Shown here: positions 10,256 through 20,885 of the stretch, one piece after another
Layout: every line of letters begins with the position of its first letter
How positions within the stretch are numbered: position 1 is the stretch's first letter
Source: an uncultured bacterium
GTDB lineage: Bacteria; Nitrospirota; Thermodesulfovibrionia; UBA6902
NCBI GenBank assembly: GCA_965603765.1
Contig: CBFDEG010000002.1
Span: 1-55,057, forward strand
DNA length: 55,057 nt
Direction of reading: 5' to 3'
The notes under the pieces: generated by a model
Database searches by the model: none
Seen by the model: only the letters and a program-made list of their open reading frames with translations
What the model was told of the DNA's origin: nothing
Translations under genes and position numbers: made by a program

Positions 10256-11680
10256 GTGGAACTTTTTGACCTGACAATAGAAGAAGCACGGGCCGCCATA
10301 GACAATGGAGATGTGGGCCCTTCTGATATAACAGAGGCTGTATTTAAGAGGATAGAGGCTGTGGAGGAAAAGGTGAAGGCATACGTCACCCTTGCTATGG
10401 GCGCTGTACCTGAAAAGGCCGGCAGCGGCAGACTCAGCGGTATTCCGATAGCTGTAAAAGACAATATATGCACAGAGGGCGTGATAACCACCTGCTCGTC
10501 AAAGATACTTAAAAACTTTGTCCCTCCGTATGAAAGCACGGTAACGCGTAAGCTTATGGAGGAGGGATATGTATTGACCGGGAAGACGAACCTTGATGAA
10601 TTTGCCATGGGTTCATCAACTGAGAACTCGGCATTCGGCAGCACAAGAAACCCGTGGGACCTGGAGAGAGTGCCGGGCGGCTCAAGCGGCGGCTCTGCTG
10701 CAGCGGTTGCGGCCGGTGAATGCATTGCGGCTCTGGGGTCTGATACAGGAGGGTCCATACGCCAGCCCGCGGCATTTTGCGGGGTCGTAGGTTTAAAACC
10801 GACATACGGCAGGGTCTCAAGGTACGGACTGGTGGCATTTGCCTCATCGTTTGACCAGGTTGGGCCGATAACAAAGACCGTTAAAGACTCAGCAATACTA
10901 TTGAATATGATCAGCGGGCATGACAGGCAGGACTCTACATCCGCAAATATTGAGGTGCCGGATTTTGTTTCGGCATTAGGCCGTGACATCAAGGGATTAA
11001 AGATAGGGATACCCAAGGAGTTCTTTATTGAAGGTATTGACCCTGAGGTCGATGCATCTGTTAAGGGTGCTGTTAAAAAACTCGAATCACTTGGAGCTGT
11101 CCCTGTTGAAATATCACTTCCGAACACAGGCTATGCAGTTGCTACATACTATATACTCGCGACATCCGAGGCATCTTCCAACCTTGGAAGGTACGATGGT
11201 GTGAGATACGGTCTGCGTGTGCAGGGGGACGATCTTATGGACATGTATATGAAGACCAGGGAAGATGGCTTCGGGCCTGAAGTGAAGAGGAGAATAATCC
11301 TCGGCACCTATGCGCTTTCATCAGGTTATTATGATGCTTACTATAAAAAGGCCCAGCAGGTCAGGACACTTATTAAACGCGATTTTGAAAAGGCCTTTGA
11401 AGAGGTTGATGTGATAGTAACACCGACAACCCCGACGCCCGCGTTCAGGGCAGGGGAGAAGACCGATGACCCGTTGCAGATGTATCTGTCCGATATATTC
11501 ACTCTGTCGGTAAACCTTGCGGGTGTGCCGGGGATATCTGTTCCATGCGGTTTTACATCCGCCGGACTTCCGGTCGGTCTGCAGATAATAGGCAGACACT
11601 TTGATGAAGCATCTGTTCTGAAGACAGCCTATGCGTATGAGCAAGTAACTGAGTGGCACAAAAGAAGGCCCAATTTGTAA
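10256..11680 (+). CDS. gatA: Asp-tRNA(Asn)/Glu-tRNA(Gln) amidotransferase subunit A
   Basis: Amidase signature [14 protein letters not shown]...[16 protein letters not shown] is present. The track ORF starts at ATG 10229. An in-frame GTG at 10256 lies 4 nt after GGAGG (10247-10251) and gives the usual [11 protein letters not shown]-terminus, so the start is ambiguous between 10229 and 10256. Confidence 0.9.
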   Translation: MELFDLTIEEARAAIDNGDVGPSDITEAVFKRIEAVEEKVKAYVTLAMGAVPEKAGSGRLSGIPIAVKDNICTEGVITTCSSKILKNFVPPYESTVTRKLMEEGYVLTGKTNLDEFAMGSSTENSAFGSTRNPWDLERVPGGSSGGSAAAVAAGECIAALGSDTGGSIRQPAAFCGVVGLKPTYGRVSRYGLVAFASSFDQVGPITKTVKDSAILLNMISGHDRQDSTSANIEVPDFVSALGRDIKGLKIGIPKEFFIEGIDPEVDASVKGAVKKLESLGAVPVEISLPNTGYAVATYYILATSEASSNLGRYDGVRYGLRVQGDDLMDMYMKTREDGFGPEVKRRIILGTYALSSGYYDAYYKKAQQVRTLIKRDFEKAFEEVDVIVTPTTPTPAFRAGEKTDDPLQMYLSDIFTLSVNLAGVPGISVPCGFTSAGLPVGLQIIGRHFDEASVLKTAYAYEQVTEWHKRRPNL

Positions 11681-11681
11681 T

Positions 11682-11826
11682 AAATAACAAATGACAAATA
11701 ACAAAATACAAATAAATTCTAAATATCAAGTATTCAAACTAACAAACAAAGAATATTGATAATGTTTTGTTTTGGTCATTGGGATTTGAGATTTATTTGT
11801 ATTTTGTTATTTGTGTTTTGTTATTT
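11682..11826. repeat. long AT-rich inverted repeat (36-nt arms, 73-nt spacer) in the gatA-gatB intergenic region
   Basis: Left arm 11682-11717 is AAATAACAAATGACAAATAACAAAATACAAATAAAT. Right arm 11791-11826 is ATTTATTTGTATTTTGTTATTTGTGTTTTGTTATTT. The right arm equals the reverse complement of the left arm except for 3 central positions. Confidence 0.8.
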
Positions 11827-11856
11827 AGATATTTTAGTACAAGGAGTTTGACAATT

Positions 11857-13284
11857 ATGAAATATGAAGCAGTAATCGGCCTTGAAATTCATGCTCAGCT
11901 TCTAACTAATACAAAAATATTTTGCGGATGTTCCACAGCTTTCGGTTCTGAGCCGAACACCCAGACCTGTCCTGTATGCACCGGACTTCCGGGCGTGCTC
12001 CCTGTTATGAACAGGAAGGCGGTTGAATATGTTGTCAGGACAGGGCTTGCAGTGGATTGCGAAATATCTCCTTTGAGCAGGTTTGCGAGAAAGAACTATT
12101 TTTACCCCGACCTTCCAAAGGGCTACCAGATAAGCCAGTTCGAACTCCCGCTGTGCGGTGAGGGGCATCTGGATATATCGATTGACGGCATCACCAGGAG
12201 GACCCGGCTGAACAGGATACACCTTGAGGAGGATGCGGGCAAGAACATACATGTCGGCGTTGGAAGCGAAAGCTCTGTTGACCTTAACAGGGCGGGCGTG
12301 CCCCTTATGGAGATAGTCAGCGAGCCTGATCTGCGCAGTTCCCGCGAGGCCGTGGAATTCATGAAAAAACTGCGCGGTATCGTGCGTTATATAGGTGTAT
12401 GCGACGGCAACATGGAGCAGGGCTCCCTGCGGTGTGACGCGAATGTTTCCATCCGTCCCGAGGGGCAGGAGGAATACGGGGTAAAGACAGAGATAAAGAA
12501 CATGAACTCATTTCGTTTTATTGAGAAGGCGATCGATTATGAGATAAAGAGACAGATAAGAGCACTTGAGAATAATGAGAAGATAATCCAGGAGACAAGG
12601 CTCTGGAACACGGAGAAGGGCATAACAGAGTCAATGCGTTCAAAAGAAGGAGCGCATGATTACAGGTATTTCCCGGACCCCGACCTTATGCCCATAGAGC
12701 TTGAGAGATCATGGATCGCTGACATTAAAGATAATCTGCCCGAGCTTCCGGACCGCAAACGTGAAAGATTTATTGAAGAATATTCATTTACTGAAGATGA
12801 TGTTGATTTTCTTGTTTCTGAAATAGCGATCGCCCAATGGTTTGAAGAGGCTGTCAGACTTGGCGGTGAGCCGAAGATCGTCTGTAACTGGATCAAGGGT
12901 GAACTGGCAAAACTGCTTAATGAAGACAATAAACAGATAGATGAATGTATGCTCAAACCTGAGCACCTTGTCGGGATGCTCGGTCTGATGGACAAAGGCA
13001 TTATCAGCAGCAAGATAGCCAAGACCGTGTTTGAGGAAATGTACAGGAACGGGAAGGACGCTGAAGCCATAGTCAGGGAAAAGGGGCTTGTACAGGTAAG
13101 TGACGAATCCGAGATAGAGAAGATCGTTGATGAAATTATAAAGAACAGCCCCGGCGAGGTAGAGCGTTTCAGGGGCGGTGACGCAAAGCTTATGGGTTTC
13201 TTTGTGGGCCAGGCCATGAAGGCCACAAAAGGCAAGGCAAACCCCAAGGTCGTTAATGAGCTGTTGAGAAAGAAGCTTGGCTGA
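11857..13284 (+). CDS. gatB: Asp-tRNA(Asn)/Glu-tRNA(Gln) amidotransferase subunit B
   Basis: The track ORF starts at 11767, but the conserved N-terminus MKYEAVIGLEIHAQL begins at ATG 11857, preceded by AAGGAG (11841-11846). The 30 upstream codons lie inside the inverted repeat. The C-terminal GatB/YqeY-like tail is present. Confidence 0.9.
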   Translation: MKYEAVIGLEIHAQLLTNTKIFCGCSTAFGSEPNTQTCPVCTGLPGVLPVMNRKAVEYVVRTGLAVDCEISPLSRFARKNYFYPDLPKGYQISQFELPLCGEGHLDISIDGITRRTRLNRIHLEEDAGKNIHVGVGSESSVDLNRAGVPLMEIVSEPDLRSSREAVEFMKKLRGIVRYIGVCDGNMEQGSLRCDANVSIRPEGQEEYGVKTEIKNMNSFRFIEKAIDYEIKRQIRALENNEKIIQETRLWNTEKGITESMRSKEGAHDYRYFPDPDLMPIELERSWIADIKDNLPELPDRKRERFIEEYSFTEDDVDFLVSEIAIAQWFEEAVRLGGEPKIVCNWIKGELAKLLNEDNKQIDECMLKPEHLVGMLGLMDKGIISSKIAKTVFEEMYRNGKDAEAIVREKGLVQVSDESEIEKIVDEIIKNSPGEVERFRGGDAKLMGFFVGQAMKATKGKANPKVVNELLRKKLG

Positions 13285-13306
13285 CAAGGCTGAAAAGATC
13301 CCAACT

Positions 13307-14674
13307 ATGGAAAAGATCCTCGTTGTAGAAGATAAGGTCTCAATGGCCCAAATGCTTAAAGAGACCCTCGAGCTTGAAGGGTATGAGGTTGAGACAGCAG
13401 GGGACGGGGCTGAGGGTATTGAAAAGATAAAGACATGGAATGCCGACCTTGTTCTGACCGACCTTAAACTTCCTAAAAAGAACGGTCTTGAGGTGCTGAA
13501 GGCATCAAAGGATCTGAACCCTGTTGTCCCTGTGGTTGTCATGACAGCGTACGGATCTGTTGAGACCGCTGTCGAGGCCATGAAGCTCGGGGCGTATGAC
13601 TTTATAACAAAACCGCTTGATACAGATTATTTACAGCTGCTCATACAGCGGGCCATGAAGGGCAGGAGCCTTGTTACCGAAAACATGCTCCTGAAAGACG
13701 CCCTGTCGCACCATGCCGGTATGCCCGAAATAATAGGCGGCAGTCCCCGTATGGTGGCTGTGGCTGAAGCAATAAAAAAGGTCTCTTCTCAAAAAACAAC
13801 AGTGCTGCTGCTCGGTGAATCAGGAACCGGTAAAGAGCTTTTTGCCAGGGCGATACATGACATTTCCCCGAGGAGTAACAGACCGTTCGTGGCCATTAAT
13901 TGTGCGGCCATCCCCGGAGAACTTCTTGAGTCAGAACTTTTCGGACATGAAAAAGGGGCCTTTACCGGCGCAACTGAAAGGAAACCGGGCAAGTTCGAGC
14001 TTGCTGACAGGGGCACGGTCTTCCTGGATGAGATAGGCGAGATGGACATGGCCCTGCAGTCAAAAGTGCTCCGGGCAATACAGGAAGGGGAGTTCAGCAG
14101 GGTAGGCGGGACAGGTACGCTGAAGGTGGATATAAGGATAATAGCCGCAACCAATACAGACCTTGAAAAGGCAGTAGCTGAGAACAGGTTCAGGGAGGAC
14201 CTTTATTACAGGTTGAGCGTTTTCCCTGTTATCATTCCTCCTCTCAGAGAGAGGAATGAGGACATCCCGCTTCTTGTAGAGCACTTTATATCAAAATATT
14301 CCGCCATTATGAACGTGCCGGCAAGTGAAGTGAGTGATGACGCTATGGAGCTGTTGAAAAAATATTCGTGGAAGGGAAATGTGCGGGAACTTGAAAATGT
14401 TATTGAACGCGCGCTTATTTTATGTGAAGGGGAGACAGTAAAACGGAAACATCTGAGGCTTGGCCAGGCTTCTTCTGCTGGTGAAATAGGTGGTATCCCT
14501 ATGGATGGGACACTTGAAGAGGCTTCAAAGGCGGCCCTGAAAATAGTTGAGACAAAGAGGATAAAAAAGGCCCTTAAAGACACGAACGGCAATAAGACAA
14601 GGGCAGCGGAATTGCTCAGTGTCAGTTATAAGACACTTCTTACCAAGATCAAGGATTACGGGATAGAGAACTGA
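13307..14674 (+). CDS. sigma-54-dependent response regulator (receiver + AAA+ + Fis-type HTH; NtrC family)
   Basis: The receiver starts MEKILVVEDK and contains ...DLVLTDLKLP. The AAA+ module has Walker A GESGTGKE and the sigma-54 contact loop GAFTGA. The C-terminal HTH reads NKTRAAELLSVSYKTL. The track ORF begins at TTG 13277, overlapping the gatB stop; ATG 13307 fits the receiver N-terminus better. Confidence 0.85.
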   Translation: MEKILVVEDKVSMAQMLKETLELEGYEVETAGDGAEGIEKIKTWNADLVLTDLKLPKKNGLEVLKASKDLNPVVPVVVMTAYGSVETAVEAMKLGAYDFITKPLDTDYLQLLIQRAMKGRSLVTENMLLKDALSHHAGMPEIIGGSPRMVAVAEAIKKVSSQKTTVLLLGESGTGKELFARAIHDISPRSNRPFVAINCAAIPGELLESELFGHEKGAFTGATERKPGKFELADRGTVFLDEIGEMDMALQSKVLRAIQEGEFSRVGGTGTLKVDIRIIAATNTDLEKAVAENRFREDLYYRLSVFPVIIPPLRERNEDIPLLVEHFISKYSAIMNVPASEVSDDAMELLKKYSWKGNVRELENVIERALILCEGETVKRKHLRLGQASSAGEIGGIPMDGTLEEASKAALKIVETKRIKKALKDTNGNKTRAAELLSVSYKTLLTKIKDYGIEN

Positions 14675-14780
14675 CGTAACGGATTCCTCACATAAAAGTA
14701 TTTCTCATCCAGGAATTCTTTAACCATCGTCATATTCGGAAAAATGCGGGGGTGTGATGACAGGCCCTGCATCTTTTGGC

Positions 14781-15575
14781 TTATTCCTGCTCTTTTTGTT
14801 CCGTGACATCACGGAAGACTATAACAATACCCGGGATATTGTCCTGTTCTTCTTTTATGGGTGCAACGCTGTCGGATATGGGGACCTCCTTCATTTCCCT
14901 GGTGAGCAGCACATGATCCTCAATAAGGTTTATGATGACGCCTTCCTTTAATACCTTCGTTGCCAGAATATTCTCGATCTCCTTTGGCTCCGTTTTTTTT
15001 ATATTTCTTACATTGAATATCTCCAGTAATTTTTTACCAAAGGCGTCTTTCTCATTCCATCCCGTAATATCTTCGGCAACTTTGTTCATAAAGACCACAC
15101 ACATGTCTTTGTCAGTGGCTATCACCCCGTCCCCTATGCTCCTTAACGTGGTATCAAGCCAGCGTTTCATCTTTTTCAATCTGCCTTCCATTTCATGCTT
15201 GTAGAGAGCAATTTCGATGGCAACATGCAGTTCCTTCTCTTTGAAGGGTTTCAGGATATATCCGAAAGGTTCTGTTATTTTGGCGCGCTGCAGTGTGGCC
15301 TCATCGCCGTGGGCGGTCAAATAAACTACAGGGATATCAAACCTGCTCTGTATCTGATCGGTAGCTTCGATGCCGTCTATCTCTCCTTTTAATATGATGT
15401 CCATCAATATCAGATCAGGCCGGAGTTCTTTAGCTTTTTTTACTGCATCTTCTCCTGTTGGAATTATTGCCAGAACAGTGTACCCCAGTTGTTTCAGGCT
15501 GCTTGCTATATGCATGGCAATTATGCTTTCGTCTTCTACAACAAGAATTTTCCTGTTGGTCATACTCATGCCCAT
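14781..15575 (-). CDS. response regulator with receiver + PAS domain and no recognisable output domain
   Basis: Receiver segment: KILVVEDESIIAM...DLILMDIIL...KPF. The following segment, LRSIGDGVIATDKDMCVVFMNKVAEDITGW, looks like a PAS domain. Three ATG codons cluster at the 5' end (15575, 15569, 15563), so the exact start is uncertain. Confidence 0.8.
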   Translation of the reverse strand: MGMSMTNRKILVVEDESIIAMHIASSLKQLGYTVLAIIPTGEDAVKKAKELRPDLILMDIILKGEIDGIEATDQIQSRFDIPVVYLTAHGDEATLQRAKITEPFGYILKPFKEKELHVAIEIALYKHEMEGRLKKMKRWLDTTLRSIGDGVIATDKDMCVVFMNKVAEDITGWNEKDAFGKKLLEIFNVRNIKKTEPKEIENILATKVLKEGVIINLIEDHVLLTREMKEVPISDSVAPIKEEQDNIPGIVIVFRDVTEQKEQE

Positions 15576-15619
15576 CCTTTCTTACTGTTCCTGTTAAGCT
15601 GTAGACCGCCGTTGCGGTT

Positions 15620-17761
15620 TCATAATCTTTTACTGTATTTCAGTTCGCTGAATGTTATCCGGAAAGAGGTTCCCTTGTTCCTTTCCAGTTCAATGGTGCC
15701 GCTAAGCTGGCCTGTCAGGGCAGTTACCAGCTGCAGACCGAGGGTTTCGGTATTTCTGAAATCCAGTTTTTCAGGGATGCCGATACCGTCATCACTGACC
15801 GTTAATGTAAATATGTCTTCGCCCTCGGGATGAAGGGTTATTTTGATAAGTCCGCTTCTTCCTTCAGGAAAGGCATGTTTAAGACAGTTTGAGATCAGTT
15901 CATTCAAGATCAGACCGCAGGGGATGGCGGTATTTATATCAAATAAGATCCCTTCTGCATCTATCTCCGACCTGATCATATTTGTGTTTACCCCGTACGA
16001 AATAAGCAGGTTTGTTATCAGCTCATCAATGTATTCCTGAAAATTGATCTTCGCAAGGCTTTTCGACTGATACAGCTTTTCATGGATAATTGCCATCACG
16101 TCCACGCGGTTTTTGCTTTCCCGCAGGGTCGCAAGCGACTGTTTGTCCTTGATGTATTCGGACTGGAGCTGAAAGATGCTCGAGATGATCTGCATATTGT
16201 TCTTGACCCTGTGATGAATTTCCCTGAGCAGAAGTTCTTTCTCCTGCAGGGATGCCTTTAACTTTTCCTCGGTCAGTCTGCGCCATGTAATGTCCCGGTT
16301 GCTGCCGCGCCGGCCGTATGGCTTTCCTTCATTATCGAAAACCTGTCCGCAGACATGACTTATCCATCGGACCTCGCTGGTTTTTGTGACAATCCTGAAT
16401 TCGATAGGTTCAATTGCGCCGGTGGTAGAAAGCTGATGAACATGATCGGTAAAAATCGACAGGTCTTCAGGGTGAACGATCCTGAAAAGAAGACCGGGAT
16501 CTGAATAGAACTCTTTTACTGTATAGCCGGTGATCTCTTTGCATGATGGCGACATATGTTTAAAGCTCCTGTCATCGAGTAACCAGTATTCCCAGTCATA
16601 GGAGTAATCGACTATGATACGGTACTTGGTTTCGCTTTCTCTCAATGATTCTTCAACCTGCTTGCGCTGGTTTATCTCATTGTTTAAATCGTCAATTTTT
16701 GTTATGAGCTGAGCAGCCATGGTGTTGAAGGCAGCGGCCAGTGTGCCAAGTTCAGCTGTATGGTGTTCTTCAGCACGGACAGATAGATCGCCTGCGCTGA
16801 TCGCCTGTGCCGTCCCTGCAAGCGATTCAATGGGCTGTACAATTTTGCGGTCAAGCACAAATCCCAGGGCAATGGCGCACGATAATGTCAGTACCAGAAA
16901 AACAACGGCGGTGAGCAGGGAACGATATGTGTACTTCATAGCCTCAGCCACAGGCAGTTCGGTCACTATATGGAAAAGCTGTTCTTCAAATAGTATTTTT
17001 TCGTCGGCAAGAACGACTTTTGCGCCGGTTAAGCCGGTGGTTATTCCTGGCTGTTCAGGCGGTTTGAAATATGTGCCTCTTAGAACGACCGAGGGGTTTG
17101 GATGGGCGATGACCCTTCCGTTTTTATCAAGCATATAAGCGATACCTGAATCACCGACCCGTATATTTGCTATGATGTCCCATATATAATTCATCTTGAT
17201 CTCGGCAATAAGCATGCCCCGTACGCGTGTAGTTTGCAGGTCTGTAACAGGAATACTTATCTTCAGGTAAGGTTCCCCGGTTTGTTCGTTGAAATATACA
17301 GGGCTGTAATAGACTTCGCCGCTTTGGGCGGGGATTAAAAATTCATCGGCCTGCGACCGCTCCGCAAGGTCGGCATCCGTTAAGAACAGTGTCCGCGAAA
17401 CACGTGCGATCTCCTTCCCTTTGCCGTCAAGGAGGGTGAGGTCGGAAAATATGTCCTTGTGATATTTATTTGAAGCAGAAGAAAGTATTTTGGCAAGCAG
17501 AAGATGCCTCTGTCCGCGGTCCATGTTGATCAGGTCAAAATTTATTGCTGCAGATTTCAGTATGGCTTCCTGCTCATGGATATAGGTACTGATCTGTCCT
17601 GAAGCCAGGATTGACTGTTTTTCCTGAATATCCTTAGCCTGCATCTGCTGTACGTTAAAGCTTTGCCATGACAGTATGCCGCTGAGCAGCAGTATGGGCG
17701 TGATCGACAGGATGACCAGCGATTTGAGTAAAACTTTTCTGATGCTGGTTTTTGCATTCAT
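15620..17761 (-). CDS. sensor histidine kinase (TM - periplasmic Cache-like domain - TM - HAMP - PAS - HisKA_2 - HATPase)
   Basis: 713-aa ORF. Two hydrophobic segments flank a periplasmic region of about 250 aa. A HAMP-like segment is followed by PAS ([24 protein letters not shown]), the phospho-acceptor box HHRVKNNMQ (HisKA_2 type), and a C-terminal ATPase (DDGIGIP...LGLQLV). Confidence 0.8.
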   Translation of the reverse strand: MNAKTSIRKVLLKSLVILSITPILLLSGILSWQSFNVQQMQAKDIQEKQSILASGQISTYIHEQEAILKSAAINFDLINMDRGQRHLLLAKILSSASNKYHKDIFSDLTLLDGKGKEIARVSRTLFLTDADLAERSQADEFLIPAQSGEVYYSPVYFNEQTGEPYLKISIPVTDLQTTRVRGMLIAEIKMNYIWDIIANIRVGDSGIAYMLDKNGRVIAHPNPSVVLRGTYFKPPEQPGITTGLTGAKVVLADEKILFEEQLFHIVTELPVAEAMKYTYRSLLTAVVFLVLTLSCAIALGFVLDRKIVQPIESLAGTAQAISAGDLSVRAEEHHTAELGTLAAAFNTMAAQLITKIDDLNNEINQRKQVEESLRESETKYRIIVDYSYDWEYWLLDDRSFKHMSPSCKEITGYTVKEFYSDPGLLFRIVHPEDLSIFTDHVHQLSTTGAIEPIEFRIVTKTSEVRWISHVCGQVFDNEGKPYGRRGSNRDITWRRLTEEKLKASLQEKELLLREIHHRVKNNMQIISSIFQLQSEYIKDKQSLATLRESKNRVDVMAIIHEKLYQSKSLAKINFQEYIDELITNLLISYGVNTNMIRSEIDAEGILFDINTAIPCGLILNELISNCLKHAFPEGRSGLIKITLHPEGEDIFTLTVSDDGIGIPEKLDFRNTETLGLQLVTALTGQLSGTIELERNKGTSFRITFSELKYSKRL

Positions 17762-17780
17762 TTACGCCAGGGTCTCTTTT

Positions 17781-18764
17781 CTATTCCCGGATAATGAAAT
17801 CCGCCTGCTGTAAAATATCATTAGGGATTTCGATGCCGACTGCCTGAGCTGTCTTCAGGTTTATTCCCAAAAAAAAGTCCGCTGTTTCCACCGGCAGGTC
17901 CGCAGGCGGGGTGCCCTTTAGAATACTGTGCGCCAGACGGGCGGCCTGTGAGCCTGTGCGTTCGTCAGTAGGTGAATAGGAGAGTACCACACCTTTTTTG
18001 TAATCCACATGGCCTGCCGAGATCACAGGGATTTTCCGCTTTATTGCGTAATCCAAAACAACATCGAGGTTTGAACCGACGAGCCAGGAATGGAGCGGGA
18101 AAATGGCGTCAACATCTCCGGGCATGGAGGATAGCGATCTATGCAGTTCTTCAACGGTCGCAACTTCAGAGACCGTGATCTTGAAACCGGCTTTTGCAGC
18201 GCTTTCATTCAGATCTTTCAGGCTCTGCCTTGCGGCGCCGGTATCGAACTTGACCGGGACAAATATGTGTTTTGCGTCAGGCGCAATTGCCCGCAGGAAT
18301 TCCAGTGACTTTGGAGTACTGCCGCGAAGCTGAATTCCTGTAAGGTTGCCGCCTGGTCTGACCAGGCTTTCTATTACGCCGGATCCGGCCGCATTATACA
18401 TGACAAACACAACGGGTATATTTCCCCCTTCTGTGGCCTTTTTTGCCAGTTTAGCTGCAGGGGTCGACATGGTAAATATCAGGTCAACGGGTTTTGCAAC
18501 CATATCGTTTATGGCATTATCAATGACTTTGACGTCCTTGGTCTCGGTCTTCATGTAGGTCAGGTTTTTCCCTTCTATAAATCCGAACTCCGGCATATTG
18601 CGCAGAAATCCCTGTGCGCCTTCTTCTTCTAATGGATTGGGGTTTATAAAACCCAGGACATAGCTCTTTTCCTTTTTCTGGCACGCATAGTTGATGAGCA
18701 GTAAGGTCAATAACACGGCAATTAACATAATAGACATATAAAAATATGGTTTATTTTTTTTCAT
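17781..18764 (-). CDS. periplasmic substrate-binding lipoprotein, ABC_sub_bind (PF04392-like) family, paralog B
   Basis: The track ORF runs to 18857. ATG 18764 lies 9 nt after GGAGG and gives a signal peptide MKKNKPYFYMSIMLIAVLLTLLLINYAC. The family-typical core is VDLIFTMSTPAAKLAKKAT..IPVVFVMYN...LVRPGGNLTGI. The C-terminal third is near-identical to the upstream paralog. Confidence 0.7.
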   Translation of the reverse strand: MKKNKPYFYMSIMLIAVLLTLLLINYACQKKEKSYVLGFINPNPLEEEGAQGFLRNMPEFGFIEGKNLTYMKTETKDVKVIDNAINDMVAKPVDLIFTMSTPAAKLAKKATEGGNIPVVFVMYNAAGSGVIESLVRPGGNLTGIQLRGSTPKSLEFLRAIAPDAKHIFVPVKFDTGAARQSLKDLNESAAKAGFKITVSEVATVEELHRSLSSMPGDVDAIFPLHSWLVGSNLDVVLDYAIKRKIPVISAGHVDYKKGVVLSYSPTDERTGSQAARLAHSILKGTPPADLPVETADFFLGINLKTAQAVGIEIPNDILQQADFIIRE

Positions 18765-19791
18765 TTGTTTCATCCTCCATATTAAGCCGCTCCCTGGTTT
18801 CTTTCTGGTTCCGGACAATGAAATCCGCCTGTTGTAAAACATCATTCGGAATTTCAATGCCTATTGCCTGCGCTGTCTTCAAATTTATTCCCAGAAAAAA
18901 GTCCGCGGTTTCCACCGGCAGGTCTGCGGGAAGTATGCCGTCATTCAGGATGCTGTGAGCCAGGCGGGCGGCCTGTGAGCCTGTGCGGTCGTCCGTAGGT
19001 CCGTAGGAAAGTACCACCCCGTTTTTATAATCCACATGTCCTGCTGAGATTACAGGGATTTTCCGTTTTATTGCAGTATCTATGACCACGTTCAGGTTAG
19101 AGCCGACAAGCCATGAATGCAGCATAAAGATAGCGTCAACGTCTTCAGGCATGGATGCCATTGACGCTTGAAGCTCTTTAACTGTAGTGATTTCGGAGAT
19201 CGTGAGCCTGAAGCCGAACTTTGTGACCTCCTGCTTCAGCTCTTCCAGGCTGTGAACCGCACCTCCGGTGTCGAACGTAACAGGGACGAATATATGTTTG
19301 GTCCCGGGAGCAATTGTCTGCAGGAATTCCAGGGCCTTCTGGGTGCTGCCGCGTAATTGAATGCCTGTAATGTTGCCTCCGGGATTTGTCAGGCTTTTTA
19401 CCAATCCGGACCTGATCGCATCATAATGGATAAACAAAACCGGTATATGAGTCCCTTTTGTGGCCTGTTTTGCAAGCTGTGCCACGGGCGTCGTAATAGT
19501 AAAGATCAGGTCTGCATGGTTCGCTACCATATCCCTCAGAGCAGCTTTCATACCGTTGCTGTCTCGACCTTCGAACTTGATATAGGTCACGTTTTCCCCT
19601 TCGATAAATCCGAACCTGGGCATGTTGCGTAAAAAACCCTGTGCGCCTTCCTCTTCTTCCGGGTTGGGATTTATATAACCTATTGTGAAGACCTTTTCTT
19701 TTTTACAGCCGGGCAGGGTGAAAAGTAACAGCGATAGTGTAATGAATGTCACGAAAGCCGGAAACGCAAAGATCTTGAACCTGATATTCAT
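18751..19791 (-). CDS. periplasmic substrate-binding lipoprotein, ABC_sub_bind (PF04392-like) family, paralog A
   Basis: Signal peptide with lipobox: ...LLLFTLPGC. It has the same family core (ADLIFTITTPVAQLAKQAT..IPVLFIHYD...LTNPGGNITGI). It forms a tandem duplicate with 17781..18764 and overlaps that gene's start by 14 nt. Confidence 0.7.
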   Translation of the reverse strand: MNIRFKIFAFPAFVTFITLSLLLFTLPGCKKEKVFTIGYINPNPEEEEGAQGFLRNMPRFGFIEGENVTYIKFEGRDSNGMKAALRDMVANHADLIFTITTPVAQLAKQATKGTHIPVLFIHYDAIRSGLVKSLTNPGGNITGIQLRGSTQKALEFLQTIAPGTKHIFVPVTFDTGGAVHSLEELKQEVTKFGFRLTISEITTVKELQASMASMPEDVDAIFMLHSWLVGSNLNVVIDTAIKRKIPVISAGHVDYKNGVVLSYGPTDDRTGSQAARLAHSILNDGILPADLPVETADFFLGINLKTAQAIGIEIPNDVLQQADFIVRNQKETRERLNMEDETNEKK

Positions 19792-19926
19792 CTTATATTG
19801 CCCCTGATCATATTGCTTCTTGCCTTACAGTATCAGCATGATTAAAATATTGCGTCTTCTGAATATTCAGAATTATATATGGTTTAAATATCACCTTAAA
19901 AGATTGAAGTCAAGGAGGGTAGTTTT

Positions 19927-20787
19927 TTGTGGATTATTTATGCACTCTTAACCGCGCTTTCGCTTGCAACGAGTGATGCGCTGACAAAAAGAGCGCTGGC
20001 CTCAAGGAATGAATATTTTGTAGCATGGGCCAGATTGCTGTTTGCCCTTCCTGCCTTACTGCTCTGTCTTTGTTTAATAGAATATCCGCTTCTTGACAGG
20101 ACCTTCTGGACAGCTACACTCTGTGCATTGCCGCTGGAGATAGCCGCAATAATTTTATATACAAAGGCCCTGAAGGTTTCTCCTATAAGTTTGACGGTCC
20201 CGTTCCTTGCATTGACACCTGTTTTCCTGATCATTACCTCATATATCATACTGGGAGAAAAGGTCTCCCTGAATGGCGGGATCGGTATATTGCTCATGGC
20301 AGCAGGCGTTTATACGCTTAATATCCATAAGGCCAGGGATACTTTTCTGGGGCCTGTAAAAGCTGTGTTTAAAGAGAAGGGGTCCGTTATGATGGTCATG
20401 GTCGCGTTTATATATAGTATAACTTCATCGCTCGGCAAGATGGCCATTGAACATTCATCCCCGATCTTTTTCGGGAGTACATACTTTATACTTGTAACGA
20501 TCCTCTTTACCCCTATTGCACTAAGAAAGAACAGAGGTAATATCACGATCAAAAAGAAGGATGTCGTTTCTTTTGCATCCATTGGGGTCACGTATTCAAT
20601 GATGATCATTTTCCATATGATAGCCATGAGCCTGACCAATGTTGCGTATATGATCTCGGTAAAGAGGACGAGCCTTCTTTTCAGTATAATATACGGACAT
20701 TTTCTGTTTAAAGAAGAGAAAGTCAGGGCAAGGTCGGCAGGGGGTATATTAATGCTGGCAGGATTTGTTCTGGTAGTTATGAGTTGA
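19927..20787 (+). CDS. EamA/DMT-superfamily transporter
   Basis: 286-aa polytopic membrane protein of about 10 hydrophobic segments in two similar halves. It starts at TTG, 8 nt after AGGAGGG. Confidence 0.7.
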   Translation: MWIIYALLTALSLATSDALTKRALASRNEYFVAWARLLFALPALLLCLCLIEYPLLDRTFWTATLCALPLEIAAIILYTKALKVSPISLTVPFLALTPVFLIITSYIILGEKVSLNGGIGILLMAAGVYTLNIHKARDTFLGPVKAVFKEKGSVMMVMVAFIYSITSSLGKMAIEHSSPIFFGSTYFILVTILFTPIALRKNRGNITIKKKDVVSFASIGVTYSMMIIFHMIAMSLTNVAYMISVKRTSLLFSIIYGHFLFKEEKVRARSAGGILMLAGFVLVVMS

Positions 20788-20885
20788 AAAGTACTGCTGT
20801 TTTTGAGGGTTACAGCAGGTAACCCTGTACATTGGCATTAGAAAATTAAATATGTTAATCTTTATGGATAACAGGAGGTTATAAA

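Noticed and set aside
10237-11127. 296-aa reverse-strand ORF overlapping gatA. Similar long antisense ORFs are 8664..9323, 12660..13304, 12784..13581, 15489..15833, 28309..29124, 39985..40569, 41140..41739, 42378..42890 and 5239..5718.
   Set aside because: Each lies entirely antisense to a gene with unmistakable family motifs. The products are low-complexity (Ser/Pro/Ala-rich), as is typical of shadow ORFs.
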